A DNA stretch of 64,000 bases from Octopus sinensis (GCF_006345805.1 NC_042997.1:119164001-119228000); one strand, 5' to 3'. Shown: positions 50,355 to 63,904, counted from the stretch's first letter. Made by a program: numbers and translations. Notes: a model not told the origin generated them from the letters alone.

Positions 50355-52480
50355 ATTTTCTTTTAAAAGATCACAAACAATTTTTTAATAACCCATTTGT
50401 ACGACTTGTTTGTCCTTCTAGATCTGACATCGGCGTACTTACCAAAAATATCCTAAACAAATATACTCCTACGTTAATTTAAAAAATTAAAGCTTAATTT
50501 ATGATCTTTTTCGTTCCAAGTGATTGACTGGTTTAGTTCTATTAATAATAATAAGTGCACTAAGTTTATCCTGTTTCACATTTCTAGTTTCTATTCCTCA
50601 ATTAACCCAATCGTATATAACAAGGCACTCTGACTCGCACACAACAAAGCAGGTCTCACGAGGGATGAAATTAATGTCTTGTTGATCGCCAGAAAATCTA
50701 TTACTAAATTTGATAACAAGCTATATGTCCGTAAAGATACGCCGGACAGTTTTGATATCACGATGGCAAGTTCTCATTCAGCAGAAATCGCTGATTTGGT
50801 CGGTATATATATCCTTTATGAGATGGCGGACCACTTCCCAAACATCAGTGATGATTGTGTACTCTGCTTTCAAAATGCTTCTAACCAAAAATTACAAAGG
50901 ATTAAGTTTAGCTTAGTTAAATTGTTCCGAAGCATGGGTTGGAGCATTGTTTTTGATGATGTAACTAAAGCCATCTTTTTGGACATTACCCTTAACTTGC
51001 ATAATGATTCGTATTTCCCATACCATAAACACTCAAATAATCTAAGATATATTATCTCTTTCAGTAACCACTCTAAGGCCATTATAAAATTAGTTTGGAA
51101 TATTTCACTTATACTTTCTAGATTATTTGCTAATGTTGATATCTTCAATGATAAAGCTGAATTTTATAACTCTGCCTTACTTAAAGTAGGTTATAAACAA
51201 AAAATACCAATATTAACCCTGTAGACATTAATTCTATCTCTATTAATCAGTACATGAAATCAAGTTGTAACGATACCAAATCGAGTAAGGTATTACCGCA
51301 GCGTAAGAGAGATAACCGCTATTTAAGACCCTTTTTTCATTATCACGGTGCATCAAAGACTTTTAAAGACAATTACCCTAATATCAAGGTATGTCCTGGC
51401 AAAACTGTTTGGTAAATAATTCCTTATGGTACGCAGATCAAATCTATCATCCCTTACCAGTTTCGTGAAGCTATAGAAAAGAATTTCCCAAGATATTCAA
51501 GATAAAATTCGATTAACTCACACTGAATTAGGACAGGTTTTTCTAATGCAAAACTCTTTCATAACTCATCTCTTCGCATAATAATAAGTTGTTAAATACA
51601 AATCAACTTAATGAAAATCCAAATATTAATTAACATTAACCATTCTTTAAATAATATTAACAGCAGGGTTATTGTTTCTGAAGTCAACTCCAATCGCATT
51701 CGTTTTCTTAGCAGTAATTCTAAGACTATAACCTCTAATTATCAATGTAAAATTACTTCCGGTTCTGACGTCTTTTGTTATATAGATAGTTCTTCAACTC
51801 AGTTGTCCAAAAGAATATCTAATCATTACTCTACATTTAGGTACATCAATAAACGTAACAATACCGAGCTTAATAAATAAGTTTGGTATCTAAAAGATCA
51901 TAATAAACGGTTTAATTTCGAAGGAAATATTCTCTTAATTACTTTACCTTATGACAAAGGTAAATCTTTTGGCTCACTTTGTAATAGTGAAATGTTATTT
52001 ATCCCCTTGTAAACACGTTTATAGAATGCGTTTATCATTGCAAACATTGGCAGAAACATTCATTTAGTTCCTATAAGTGATTTCTACCATTCTATAAGCT
52101 TTGACCTTTGACTGTCTTCTTACATTGCACTTCCACTAAATATATCTACTGCCATTTCTTTAAGCTTTATTCTAATTCACCTATTGCTCTATATTTCTCC
52201 ACTATTAGTTTTCTCCAAATTTATTTCTTTCTCTACGTCTTTCTATAAACTAACTATGACGTTATATCTACAACTGGTTTAAAAAAAACATTGATAGCGT
52301 TCCCTTCATCATATAAGCAGCCATCACATTCTGTTAAAATGTCTTATTGATGTGTTTGGCTTCTGTCTTTTCCTGATGAGAAGATTGCATTGTTTTACAC
52401 TATTTTATTCCTTCTGGAATAGTACCAATGTTATCTTCGAAACATATGTTGGAAGTAAAAGAATCTGAATAACCCCTGCT
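50355..52480 (+). mobile_element. Degenerate Penelope-like element, Naiad/Chlamys-type RT, with decayed GIY-YIG region and 3' HHR
   Basis: LKDHKQFFNNPFVRLVCPSRSDIG, ARKSI, FDITMASSHSAEIADLVG, FLDITLNL, SNHSK, YNSALLKVGY; the clade call is from remembered motifs and is tentative. Confidence 0.75.
52368..52455 (+). ncRNA. Type I hammerhead motif at the 3' end of the PLE; predicted cut after 52450
   Basis: TTTTC-CTGATGA-GAAGAT...ATCTTC-GAAAC-ATAT-GT-T-GGAAG: canonical core, long branched stem II, palindromic stem III. Confidence 0.72.
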
Positions 52481-52596
52481 TTATTCATAGTCGGCTCCGG
52501 GGGAAGTATGGTTGCAAAACAGAAACTTAAAGGAATTGACGGAAAGGTACCACCAGGAATGGAGCCTGAAGCTTAATTTCACTCAATTAAATTATG

Positions 52597-52702
<106 letters not shown>

Positions 52703-53818
52703 ATATATATGTTCATATATTTAAAATTTAAGGATCTCTTTGAAAAAAGGGCTTGCAATAAATTTACTCTTGTCAAACGAACCAGGGCTCAACTTGTGAT
52801 ATTAAATAGAGTAGCAAAGTAAAATTTATCATCCGAGAGCAGAAGATATCATGCTAGCGGGATCTTACACGGTTTCTGCCAATCAAATATCGCTCACACG
52901 CTTTTGATGGCCCTTATGTAATAGCGCGATCCAGCACAGAGACTTTTAGCTTGGAAATGAAAGCGTTGACCACAGAGCCATGACAGCGCACGGAGTATCG
53001 TATATCATTTACGTTAATTGGTTAATTTTATATTCAACATCAAATGTTTGTCGTACAAACTATAATATCAGAATCAGAAATACGAAAGTTTGGATATAAG
53101 TTCATAGATCATGAGGAGCAAATAAATATTGACATATCTGGAGTGACCTGGTAGACAAAAAAATAAATACTTATAATATAACACTACAACTATTAATGCA
53201 GTTATTTTAATTAAAATTCATAATTGGTAAACCGTCCTAATTTCACAGTTCTTTACACTTGTATAGAGGCCGTGATCTATCACGATGTCAAAAATCAATA
53301 ATTTAATTTTGAAGATACTTTTACTAAATTTGTATAAATTTAATGATATTTATACTGCAAATGATTTTAAAACGTACCCCTCATCCATCCACATCGTTAT
53401 TGTACTTTGTGCAGATTTCCCTTAGTCGAGTATTAGATGACACCTTAAATTGTGATTTTTAGTTTGTTATTCATTACCACAGTTAAACATTGGAGACTCT
53501 GCAACACCATATTCTCTATACTACCATAGATCTCTTCTCAACGGTTCTGAATCTCTTAAAATATTATTTTGTGCAACGTCTGCCAGCACCAACTAGTAGC
53601 TATTATTCTGCTGTAACTTTTGCCACAGTATGCTGCAGATTCCATATAATAACGACATTAAGCGTACTGTTAAGTTTGGAAATCAAAACCACTGCTGTCG
53701 ATAAACTAATATGTAACCTATGATTTCTTTCTTATTGCAAATATTTCAATGTAAGATTATGCTGCTAACTTTTAAAGAATGCTTCTCCGCCTTACGAGAA
53801 ATTTATAGAGAGAAAATG

Positions 53819-54312
53819 TTTGAACTCAGAACGTAATGACAGACGAAATACTGCTAAGCGTTTCGCCCGGTATGCTAACGTTTCTGCCAGCTAGCCGCCT
53901 TAATTAATTCGTATATCGAGGCATTGCTGTACATGTATTTATGATTGACTGTGTCATGTTCTGCAGTCTGGTAAACAAAGATTTGCTCTGCTACCAACAC
54001 GTAAATCTAACCTCGTGGCATCTAACCTCGTGTAATCGATTCCTTAATATATTTGGCCTGATGATGTCTCTCTGCGTTCTTAGGGCGGCGAGCTGGCAGA
54101 ATCGTTAGCACGCCGGGCGAAATTTTTAGAGGCACTTCGTCTGCCGTAATGTTCTGAGTTCAATTTCCGCCGAGGTCAACTTTGCCTTTAATCCTTTCGG
54201 GATTGATTAAATAAGTACCTGTTATGCAATGGAGTCGATGTAATCGACTTAATCCCTTTGTCTGGTTTTTGTCTTCTCTATGTTTAGCCCCCTGTGGGCA
54301 ATACAGAAATAA
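53819..54312. mobile_element. Two SINE family A copies: partial minus (53819-53901) and full plus (54084-54312)
   Basis: Both match the family A consensus. Confidence 0.8.
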
Positions 54313-54551
54313 AAATATTTAGATGCTCAACTAGACCTGGTGCTACTCTGTGAAGTGATGATATACATCCAAAATTTATTAGAATTGATAGTTCTTCTCT
54401 TAAATAAGCAGAGCTATTATATGAGAACGTTGCCAGCTCTTTAATAACTTTAGGCTGTCAGTTAATGAAGATTGGATTCTGGAGGCATTTCCTTACCGTG
54501 GGACTCGATTCACCAAAGAGCTACCATGATACTTTATTCATATCCACTTCT

Positions 54552-54597
<46 letters not shown>

Positions 54598-55228
54598 GAA
54601 AAGCAAGCTAATGTTAATAACACATAAAACACACATATTAGTCAATCTAATAATCTCAAAAATATTTAATAAGGTTTATTGAAAACCTGTTTAATTTTAG
54701 ACTGCAATGACTATAACATTAAGATGTTTTCCGTGATGGTTTTATAGACTTACATATTCGGAAATAATGTAGAAACAATCGATATATGAATGTTAAAAAT
54801 GTTCGCCATCTACTTAATCACACTCCCAAATGAACCGTTCATAGGTTTATTTTTGTTGAATTGAAATTGATAAAGTGATACAGACAATTGCTACTTGGTG
54901 ATAAATTTATTTACACAGAGAATATTAAGAAGAAAAGCGAATAGAAACTAATAAATAGTAGCAATATATTTAAATAGAAATAAACGTTGGTAATTAATAA
55001 GATGAATAATTACAGAAATATATACAAAGATTTGAAGCGTGAAGAATTGATATTAACTGATATCAATAACATTATATTTAGTTCAATTGAATTGTTTTGA
55101 ACATGGAGTATTTAACGTTCTCGTTCGCGTCCAAAGTGAAAAGAAAACAAAAACAATATCAAATACATCGAAATTTATAGTATAAATTTCTCCACGAAAC
55201 CATCAATATTATATATATATAATATTGG

Positions 55229-55347
55229 AGTGGCTGTGTGGTAAGTAGCTTTCTTATCAACCACATCGTCAAATGTCTTCTACTATAGCTTCGGGCCGAC
55301 CAAATCCTTATGTGTAGATTTAGTAGACGGAAACTGAAAGAAGCCCG

Positions 55348-55394
<47 letters not shown>

Positions 55395-55650
55395 CGTGTA
55401 TTTGTTTGTATGCATGTGTGTGAATATATATGTACGTATGCATGTATGTATGTACATGTGTGTATGTTTGTGTGTCTATGTTTGTCCCCCAAACATCGCT
55501 TGACAACTGCGGCTGGTGTGATTACGTCCTGTAACTTAGCAGTTTGGTAAAAGGAGACCGATAGAATGTGTACTGGGCGTACAAAGAATAAGTCCAGGGG
55601 TCGATTTGCTCGACTAAAGGCGGTACTTCAAATGACTGAATCAAGTAAAA
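55229..55650 (+). mobile_element. SINE family B, full length
   Basis: gagtggctgtgtggtaagtagctttcttatcaaccac head through to cttcaaatgactgaatcaagtaaaaga tail. Confidence 0.82.
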
Positions 55651-55718
55651 GAATGAAATATTAAAAGAATATATATGCTTTTCTGGATGAAAAAACACAA
55701 ATGTGCGTGCACACATGT

Positions 55719-55755
<37 letters not shown>

Positions 55756-56414
55756 CTAAAAAGGAATATATTCATAACGCTCTCTAAATATTAAGATATC
55801 TTTCAGATTTTCAACCATAGAGATTTACAGAATTTACTAAACACTAATATCATATGTTGTATATAAACAGTGTTTGTTCATATTTTGCACGGATGCACAC
55901 ATATATACCCCATAAATACATGTATACATCCATGAATCCATCCATCAATCTATCCATCCATCCATCCATCCATCCATCCATCCATACATACATACATACA
56001 TACATACATACATACATACATACATACATACATACATACATACATACAAGTGAAATGACACTGTCGGAAAACGAAGGGTGTACATGAAGCACAGCAGACA
56101 TAATTATCTATAGGAGTGAAAATAATGTTTATAAATTAGTAAAATATTTTTGCCCTCTATCGATAATATAATGTTATAGAGGAAGCGTAAGAATACATTT
56201 AATGTAAACTAGAGAAAAACCAATAGGAATATATTTTTGTAATATAACACTAGCTTTCCTTGGGCACACTGTTATCTACCTACATCTGTTAGTGACAGTC
56301 TTTAGAAGCTGGGCTTCATAAAACCTTATGACTGATTAAGAAACCTGATAACATAATGCATTCGCGAATGTAAGTAGAGACTACCATACGATTGATGATT
56401 GCAATATATATATA

Positions 56415-56455
<41 letters not shown>

Positions 56456-56929
56456 CAAACGGGGTACTTATGAAAAGAGGTAAGGCGTGTGTCAAAATAT
56501 ACAAATGCATACGTTTGTCTTTATAAACATTCTTATTTAGCTGTCATGTAATTTATAATAAGAGAAATTTGTTTCCATTTCGAAACAATTTCCCTATTGA
56601 TAAATTTCAATGTTAAAATCTCATTCGAAACACATGAACGCACGACCATATATAAACATACATATATACTAAACCAACACAAACAACTACACATACAGCG
56701 ATGCGCAGACAAACACACACACATATTTATATATGTATATAAGATCAGAAAATATTTAGATTCAGATGAATATGGTACTTAAGTCAAAGGCACCAGAATT
56801 TTGTGTGGTATTATCCAAATAAATCAAATGGGGTGATTATAATCAAAATAAGCAACAAGTATATCCGTGGTAGCATGAAACAATTGTACTACTCTACCTC
56901 GGATATACTTGTTGCTTATTTGGATATGA

Positions 56930-56985
<56 letters not shown>

Positions 56986-57179
56986 TATATATATTATATA
57001 TATATATATATATATGTATATATGGGCAGGGCTGGCCTGCTAGGTAGCCGGCCAGAAAGCTAGAAGAAGATCATCAACGATCAAACTAGAAGGGAAATTC
57101 TCTAGAGGAAGAATTCAGCGAACACCAGAACCAACTTTGGCGGGCAGGACATATGAAAAATTAAATAAATAACAGACTT

Positions 57180-57257
57180 AAATGCATACCTCGGTTTCGG
57201 TCTTAACAAAAGAATTACTTGCATAATTCAAGTGTCTGTGACTTCATCAGTACATTC
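57180..57257 (-). ncRNA. Type I hammerhead motif (array B, outer left)
   Basis: Reverse complement of the plus-strand motif, CTGATGA variant. Confidence 0.7.
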
Positions 57258-57725
57258 GGTCCTCGAGATGCAAACTGGAAGACTAACCCCAGCTCTCTGT
57301 GTCAAGACAGACACGTGCTTAGTCTTACTGATTACATCGGGAATAAAATTTCAAATGTCTTGGTTCCGGCGCGCTAAGAGACTCCTGAAGCGAAGGGCTG
57401 CAGTGAATAATTCACTGCGGGTAAAGCTTACTACTAGGGAACGTATCTATTTAAATATTTAAAAATTGAGGGAGATAAATTAATATTAATATTAATATCA
57501 ATTTAAAACCAGTAGTCCAGCATTCAAAAAATCTGAGGAGTCAGAGAAAATTCAAATATATGTGTATATTGGCAGGGCTGGCCTGCTAAGTAGCCGGCCA
57601 GAATGCTAGAAATAGATCATAAACGATCAAACTACAAGGGAAATTCTCTAGAGGAAGAATTCAGCGAACACCAGAACCAACTTTGGCGGGCAGGACATAT
57701 GAAAAATTAAATAAAAAACAGACTT

Positions 57726-57803
57726 AAATGCATACCTCGGTTTCGGTCTTAACAAAAGAATTACTTGCATAATTCAAGTGTCCGTGACTTCTTCAGTACA
57801 TTC
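57726..57803 (-). ncRNA. Type I hammerhead motif (array B, inner left)
   Basis: CTGAAGA variant. Confidence 0.7.
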
Positions 57804-57903
57804 GGTCCTCGAGATGCAAACTGAAAGACTAACCCCAGCTCACTACGTGTCTGTCTTGACACAGAAAGCTGGGGTTAGTCTCGCGGTTTGCATCTCGAGG
57901 ACC

Positions 57904-57981
57904 GAATGTACTGAAGAAGTCACGGACACTTGAATTATGCAAGTAATTCTTTTATTAAGACCGAAACCGAGGTATGCATTT
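57904..57981 (+). ncRNA. Type I hammerhead motif (array B, inner right); predicted cut after 57974
   Basis: GAATGTA-CTGAAGA-A-GTC...GAC-C-GAAAC-CGAG-GT-A-TGCATTT: 7-bp stem I including wobbles. Confidence 0.7.
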
Positions 57982-58449
57982 AAGTCTGTTTTTTATTTCA
58001 TTTTTCATATGTCCTGCCCGCCAAATTTGGTTCTGGTGTTCGCTGAATTCTTCCTCTGGAGAATTTCCCTTGTAGTTTGATCGTTGATGATCTTCTTCTA
58101 GCATTCTGGCCGGCTACCTAGCAGGCCAGCCCTGCCAATATACACATATATTTGAATTTTCTCTGACTCCTCAGATTTTTTGAATGCTGGACTACTGGTT
58201 TTAAATTGATATTAAAATTAATATTAATTTATCTCCCTCAATTTTTAAATATTTAAATAAATACGTTCCCTAGTTGTAAGCACTACCCGCAGTGAATTAT
58301 TCACTGCAGCCCTTCGCTTCAGGAGTCTCTCAGCGCGCCAGAACCAAGACATTTGAAATTTTATTCCCGATGTAATCAGTAAGACTAAGCACGTGTCTGT
58401 CTTGACACAGAGAGCTGGGGTTAGTCTTTCAGTTTGCATCTCGAGGACC

Positions 58450-58527
58450 GAATGTACTGATGAAGTCACGGACACTTGAATTATGCAAGTGATTCTTTTG
58501 TTAAGACCGAAACCGACGTATGCATTT
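58450..58527 (+). ncRNA. Type I hammerhead motif (array B, outer right); predicted cut after 58520
   Basis: GAATGTA-CTGATGA-A-GTC...GAC-C-GAAAC-CGAC-GT-A-TGCATTT. Confidence 0.7.
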
Positions 58528-58791
58528 AAGTCTGTTATTTATTTAATTTTTCATATGTCCTGCCCGCCAAAGTTGGTTCTGGTGTTCGCTGAATTCTTCC
58601 TCTAGAGAATTTCCCTTGTAGTTTGATCGTTGATGATCTTCTTCTAGCATTCTGGCCGGCTACCTAGCAGGCCAGCCCTGCCAATATACACATATATTTG
58701 AATTTTCTCTGACTCCTCAGATTTTTTGAATGCTGGACTACTGGTTTTAAATTTATATTAAAATTAATATTAAGTTATCTCCCTCAATTTT

Positions 58792-58852
<61 letters not shown>

Positions 58853-60053
58853 GTGCAGGCACATGATTGTGTGCGTGTGTGGTGTACTGAATATGTACTT
58901 TAGTAACTGATGGTGCATAAGAATAACATGACTCAGGTAACGATAAACAATTCCCTCATCATATAACACAACTAGATTTAGTCCTAGTTTTCTATTCACT
59001 TTAAACATATGAATTTTCCCGCAGCCATATATTTTCCAAAAGATAAAAAAAAAATATTTGCAAATTAGAATAGTAAAACACGTTTAATCAACAATTCCGT
59101 ATGTCCTTTGCAGGAAACGTGGCGGAATGCCAAATGCAGTAAATCATCAGATTCCCTTAGGTCCCTTTGTTTTTCTTCGTTGGAAATCTCTCGTGGTTGC
59201 TTTTGCCCCTAATTACGTGTTTGTTGCTAAAATACTTTCCAGTACATTAAAAATAGGTCAAAGTTCCATAGGAAATAGACCAAGCACAAATTCTGAAGTA
59301 AAATATTTGAGGAGTACTTTTCATGAAACGATCCTCATATATCATTCCAATAAACGTCCAACTCTGTATTTCACACAATAAAAAAAAATCACCTTACGAA
59401 CGCTCCTTCAAGCCGATCCAACATCCTTTACATCTCTACATAGTTCAGTTTATGTTACTGTTGGGAACACGGCAGCCATTATTGGCTTTGAGTTATGTTA
59501 GAAATTTTTTTTTTTCTATTACAGGAATATGACATTAAATTGATAAAATACTAAAATATCTAAAGCGATATTTTTTTATTACAAAAATACAAAAAAAAAT
59601 GAGTAATAAAAATGGAGGAAAACCTGAATATCATTAGTGGATTTATTCTGATTTCATGGAATCATAGTAATTTATTTCGTTACTATTTGAGATTCAGACG
59701 ATTTAGATATTTTAACATATTGAATAATGTACTCATACATATAAAACATTCTGGAAAATGAAAAAAATATATAAAATTTTGCTGAAATACATTTGATCAT
59801 AGGTCTGCTCTCGATAGTGAATATGTTTGGACTAAACAACAAAATCGGCAACATAATGAGGTTGATAAAATCGTCTGCAACAGTCAAACAAAAGCCTGTC
59901 TTGAATGTCATAGAAACTTATGTAGTTTAGTGTTTTTCATTTATTCCTCACATCTACACACACACTAACAAACACAGACACAGACGCACACACACACACT
60001 AACAAACACAGACCAGACGCGCACACACACACAAACACACACACACACATTCA

Positions 60054-60093
<40 letters not shown>

Positions 60094-60224
60094 AAGCTAC
60101 AATATGACAAAGCACTCGTTACGAGAAGTTTCGACAATCTCAACAATTTTCATCAACGTTTTTATTGACTAACTCTTCTGTTAATACGTGTGTGTGCGTG
60201 TGCGTGTGTAAAACACATATCAAC

Positions 60225-60266
<42 letters not shown>

Positions 60267-61129
60267 TTTGTGTATGTGTGTACATGTGCGTCTGTATGAA
60301 AAAAAATATATACTTACATATGTGTATATATGCATATATGTATGAGCATCTCTCTCTCTCTCTCTCCCTCTCTCTCTATCTATCTATCTGTATGTGTACC
60401 TTTGTAACTATGTATGACGTTCGTTGAAAACAACTCATCAGTATCTGGAATGTCAGTCAATCGCGTCGCTTACTTATTAGTTTATCGAGAACAATGGTTT
60501 TGATTTCCAAAGTTAACAGTACGCTTAATGTCGTTTCTGAATAGAATCCGCAGCATATTGCGGCAAAAACTTACAGAGATGGACTTTTATTCTACAGCTA
60601 CCTTCCACTAAGTATTATTTCCTACGCTTGGGATTGGCGCGTTTCCGGTCTGTATTAAAAAAAAATTAAGATGTAATACAGTGCGACCAAACTCGTTACC
60701 TCACGGTTGTAATCCAGCACCTCATCCATTTGCCCACGGAATTCAGGTATGTAATGTGTCAAGGAGTTTGACTATTGAAATCCCTAAACGAAAATATGTT
60801 TTGTGGCAACACTGGGTGCGATTTCTTGCTTTTAATTCATAACACGTTTCGAACAGTGACTCGAGTGAATATAACACACTTATGGACTTGCATAGAATGT
60901 GTCATTAGTTACTTGATATTGAGGTCTATGACTTAAGAAGCTCGATTTTCAACCGGATATTTCCGAGTTCTGTGCCGCTGCGGGGTAAGGAATTTTCTTC
61001 TGTACCCTGGGGCCGAACAAAACTTGTGAGTGGATGCGGTAAACGGAAACTAAAATGAGCCCGTCGTGTATATATATATATATATATTTTAAATTTTTTC
61101 TTGTTTCAGTCATTGAAGCGCCTTCAAGA

Positions 61130-61490
61130 ACTTTTAGTCAAATGTTTTAACTCAAGTACATTTTCTCTTGAAGCCTGTTACATATTTTATCTTCTCTTTC
61201 GTGCAATCGTTCAGTTGCGGGGATTTAAACATATCAGCATCGGTAGCCGAGAGGTGTCGGAGGACAAACACACGCATAAGCAGAGACACAGACACACACA
61301 GACATACACGCACACACAGATACACACACACGGTCACACAGACACACAGACAAAGATATATATATTACGAACTCACAAGTCTTTGCTGGCCCAAGGATAT
61401 GGTAGAAGACATGCGCTCATGGTGTCACGCAATGAGACTGAATCCCGAAACATCTTGTTGGAAACCAAGCTTCTTACCTCACAGCCACGC
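61130..61490 (-). mobile_element. Degenerate SINE family B
   Basis: Plus strand shows tttcagtcattgaagcgcc..acatatcagcatcggt..gtcggaggacaaacac..ccaaggatatggtagaagac..cacagccacgcc. Confidence 0.6.
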
Positions 61491-62436
61491 CTGTATAGAA
61501 AAAATTATATATTCTAAATGACTGATACATAAGACAGAGTGTATTGGGAACTTTATTTATACGATCTGGGGAATCGATTGCATGAGTGTATGAAGTGTAG
61601 TAAATTTGTAAGCTTCATGCAGTGGGTGGCAGGTATAGAGAACAAAAAGGGGACAGTATACTATACACAATTATAATTCTTTGGCATTGCGTTTGCGCAC
61701 TTTTTCCATACTAAAGTTGCAAATAGATTCGTTAAGCTGATAGCTTCTATATACGTCACATTGAGTAAGTAAAGGTGCTACTAAATACCAGTGCAAATAA
61801 ATACCAAAATGATAGAGTGAAAGTGGTAAGATGTTCCTTAGCTTAAACTGATGTAATTGTTATTCAATGCGATGTACTGAAAGAGGAGCACTGACGTCTT
61901 GCGTTGCATGGAGCGACCGACCCAAACTCCGCCTCCCATCTACTTGGAGGACAGCATTCTAGCAATCGGAAAAAATTGTTGTCATGTCCTCAATAGATAT
62001 TTATGACTGCAATACTTTCTACGTAATGGTGACATTGCATTTCTTTTTTTCTTCATTCTTTCCTAATCTTAGTTCTTTTCTTCCTACTCCTCAACTCCAA
62101 ACATCACCCACTCTTGCATATTTTTCGTCTCCACCTTTGCTTTATCGCTCATTGTTTTTTTTATATATTGCTTTGTTTTTGTTTACAATTGGACTATCTA
62201 TTCAGTTGAACTCACCATTTTGTGTTGGCTGACTTAGAAATTCCTGGTGACAGTGTAACATTCATATCACTACGAAATTTCAGTGTGATAATTAGCTTTA
62301 CAGAGTATATCTCAGTGCAAAGCAATGTGAATTTGTCGTTGTCGTGGTGGTGGCACTTACCTAGCGTACCTGATCGTTTAGATTACCTGTGAACAAAACT
62401 CCAATATTTTGTATATATAAATATATATATATATAT

Positions 62437-62723
62437 ATAAAAGTTGTGTTGTGTCTGTCTCCTACGATTTAGATTCCTAACTCCTCCCACATTTTCCGGT
62501 GCAGTTTAACCAGAAGCGAGTATCTTATAGTCGTGATTCATATCGAGCCCTTCTGGGTATTAACGCGCGTGTACGGTGAGTCTACGATTAAAAAAAAAAA
62601 TTACCATCATTTTTTTCCATTTTGAATGCATCTTTTGCTATTATATAAGGGAAGTAACTCTCTAAAAATGTTTATATAGTTATTTCCCTTACAAACCCGA
62701 GCAACGCCAGGCGATACTGCTAG
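62437..62723 (+). mobile_element. Non-autonomous Helitron/Helentron-like element
   Basis: Ends in GC-rich imperfect hairpin cccgagcaacgccagg, then CTAG followed by T; subterminal IR aagggaagtaact / agttatttccctt. Confidence 0.55.
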
Positions 62724-62869
62724 TATATATATATATATTTCTAGTGTATAGAGGGCATTATTACACATAAATTCCTCACACTAAGAGGGACAAAGTCATT
62801 ACTACCAAAATTATACTAATCATACCTAAATGCAGTTTTTCAAAGCAAGACATTTAAAAAATGAATTTA

Positions 62870-62925
62870 GTTCTGTATCACCGTGATTTCACATTCAACT
62901 TACGTCTTATGATCCTCAGCAGAAC
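62870..62925 (-). ncRNA. Type I hammerhead motif
   Basis: GTTCTG-CTGAGGA-T-CAT...ATG-T-GAAA-TCAC-G-GTGA-T-A-CAGAAC: perfect 6-bp stem I, AUA triplet. Confidence 0.65.
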
Positions 62926-62999
62926 TGATTCTGAACACATCATAAATAAACTACCAACCTTACGTAGCGAAGACGAACAGACATCTGCTCAGAGCAGAT

Positions 63000-63687
63000 G
63001 TATGAATGAAAGCTTGTGTCACCAGTCTACTGGTGCCGAAGACTACTTGGTGTAATTGATAATTATTCCAAATTAATTAATTTCACCCTTCATTGTTACT
63101 CATAACCATATTCATCCCAGTAAATGACCACAGCACTTTGTCTTGGCTACACGCGGGTGGGAAGGGACTGGTGACACAAGCTTTCATTCATACTTTGAAT
63201 TTGGTGATACTAGCTGTGGCTTCTAGCTCGCTCTGATACTGAGTTGAGTTGGTGCCTTCTAGTATCTCAAAATTCAATATTCAATCATTCATGATTGTTT
63301 GTATCCTGCGCTGATGAGAGAAGAAGCCTGGGTAAGGTAGAATTATCTAATTCTTATTCTTTCCTAAGACTTGATCTCGAAACGTACGTCCGTAGGTGAC
63401 TTAAAACTGTATGATAGATTGCCGTTAATTCATTCTCTCTTACCTGTTTGTGTTTGCCTTTCAAATGCTGTGTCTTTACTGTGATCTCCCTTTTAGTAGA
63501 AGAAATAGCTATAATCTCTTTGACTGCTATTTCTAAATTCGGTGTGCGGTAAGGCAATTCGTTGCTAAACCCTTAATTGCTTAGTATTACTTAAATTTTC
63601 CTCGAATGAGGCTTTTACATGCCGAAGACTACTTGGTGTAATTGATAATTATTCCAAATTAATTATTTCACCCTTCATTGTTACTCA

Positions 63688-63692
<5 letters not shown>
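63000..63692 (+). mobile_element. HHR unit D: about 586-bp unit with about 73-bp terminal redundancy, 28-bp 5' inversion and a 3' end in (TA)n
   Basis: tgccgaagactacttgg at 63034 and 63620; gtatgaatgaaagcttgtgtcaccagtc (63000) is the reverse complement of 63167-63194. Confidence 0.78.
63305..63396 (+). ncRNA. Canonical type I hammerhead motif; predicted cut after 63390
   Basis: CCTGCG-CTGATGA-GAGA...TCTC-GAAAC-GTAC-GT-C-CGTAGG: all core residues canonical, GUC triplet, palindromic ACGTACGT stem III. Confidence 0.8.
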
Positions 63693-63786
<94 letters not shown>

Positions 63787-63854
63787 ATATATATATAATA
63801 TATATATATATATATTATTATATATATATATATATATATGTACATATATATACG

Positions 63855-63904
<50 letters not shown>

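Larger units (their letters stand above)
57025..58798. mobile_element. HHR array B: about 546-bp unit, 1.5 tandem copies then about 1.7 inverted copies, flanked by (TA)n
   Basis: ggcagggctggcc at 57025 and 57571; inversion at about 57841-57866; four HHR motifs. Confidence 0.87.

Noticed and set aside
57232-58475. Twin 76-aa ORFs MSVTSSVHSV...
   Set aside because: Inverted copies of the same non-coding unit with no known motif.
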